Part shown: in pieces, positions 31,791 to 32,000 of the stretch
How positions within the stretch are numbered: the first letter of the stretch is position 1
Layout: each line of letters starts with the position of its first letter
From: Polynucleobacter sp. JS-Mosq-20-D10
Lineage (GTDB): Bacteria; Pseudomonadota; Gammaproteobacteria; Burkholderiales; Burkholderiaceae
Assembly: GCF_018687755.1 (NCBI RefSeq)
Contig: NZ_CP061305.1
Coordinates: 2,019,788-2,051,787 of the forward strand
Length of the DNA: 32,000 bases
Reading direction: 5' to 3'
Notes under the pieces: model-generated
What the model was told of the DNA's origin: nothing
Database searches by the model: none
Seen by the model: only the letters and a program-made list of their open reading frames with translations
Position numbers and translations under genes: made by a program

Positions 31791-31830
31791 ACTTACTTAT
31801 GGCCCCTTATTCCACTGTAAGGACTGACTT

Positions 31831-32000
31831 TTATAGTCCATTTTTATCTCGATACTCTTTTATCATCTTTTGAGTAACATTTGATGGGTAGCAAAGAGTA
31901 GCAAATCGATCTATTTTGGAATAGGCGCTATTAAGCCCACATTGCCCACCTTTGGGTGACTTACTGTACGGACAAGGACACTCGCCGCCATAGGCTTGAA
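31831..32000 (-). CDS. Cys-rich hypothetical protein, C-terminal part (5' end off the window)
   Basis: Open frame to the window edge: QAYGGECPCPYSKSPKGGQCGLNSAYSKIDRFATLCYPSNVTQKMIKEYRDKNGL*. Confidence 0.4.
   Translation of the reverse strand, partial: QAYGGECPCPYSKSPKGGQCGLNSAYSKIDRFATLCYPSNVTQKMIKEYRDKNGL

Overview
AT-rich bacterial (proteobacterial-looking) chromosomal segment. I cannot assign a taxon from sequence alone. It falls into three parts. (1) 1-11.9 kb: thirteen unrelated accessory genes, nearly all on the minus strand: SodC, lipoproteins, CBS, FAH hydrolase, SGNH-like hydrolase, OafA-type acyltransferase, orphan histidine kinase, patatin, BLUF, tautomerase, GST. Almost every gene or gene pair is followed by a copy of a ~50-bp repeat that mimics a tRNA 3' end on the minus strand (T-loop, acceptor strand, ACCA), usually followed by a rho-independent terminator. 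The layout resembles a cassette array. (2) 11.9-28.96 kb: a region lacking that repeat, with mobile-island hallmarks. It has a 424-aa tyrosine integrase and a second 188-aa recombinase. It has a small AAA+ module. It also has a five-gene, translationally coupled operon: two SPPY DNA methyltransferases of opposite motif order, two unrecognisable proteins, and a protein combining a ferredoxin-type CxxCxxCxxxCP motif with a PD-(D/E)xK-like nuclease motif. This operon is the best candidate for an undescribed restriction/defence system. A second module has five small proteins, a WYL regulator and an XRE pair. (3) 28.96-32 kb: secreted or lipoprotein genes, a MarR-like gene and more tRNA-like repeats. 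A 17-bp perfect palindrome, TGTCGTTT(A/T)AAACGACA, occurs six times exactly, plus about seven near or arm-compensated variants. These lie in all three parts, mostly just after stop codons, but twice inside CDSs. I saw no rRNA, intact tRNA, CRISPR array or IS transposase.
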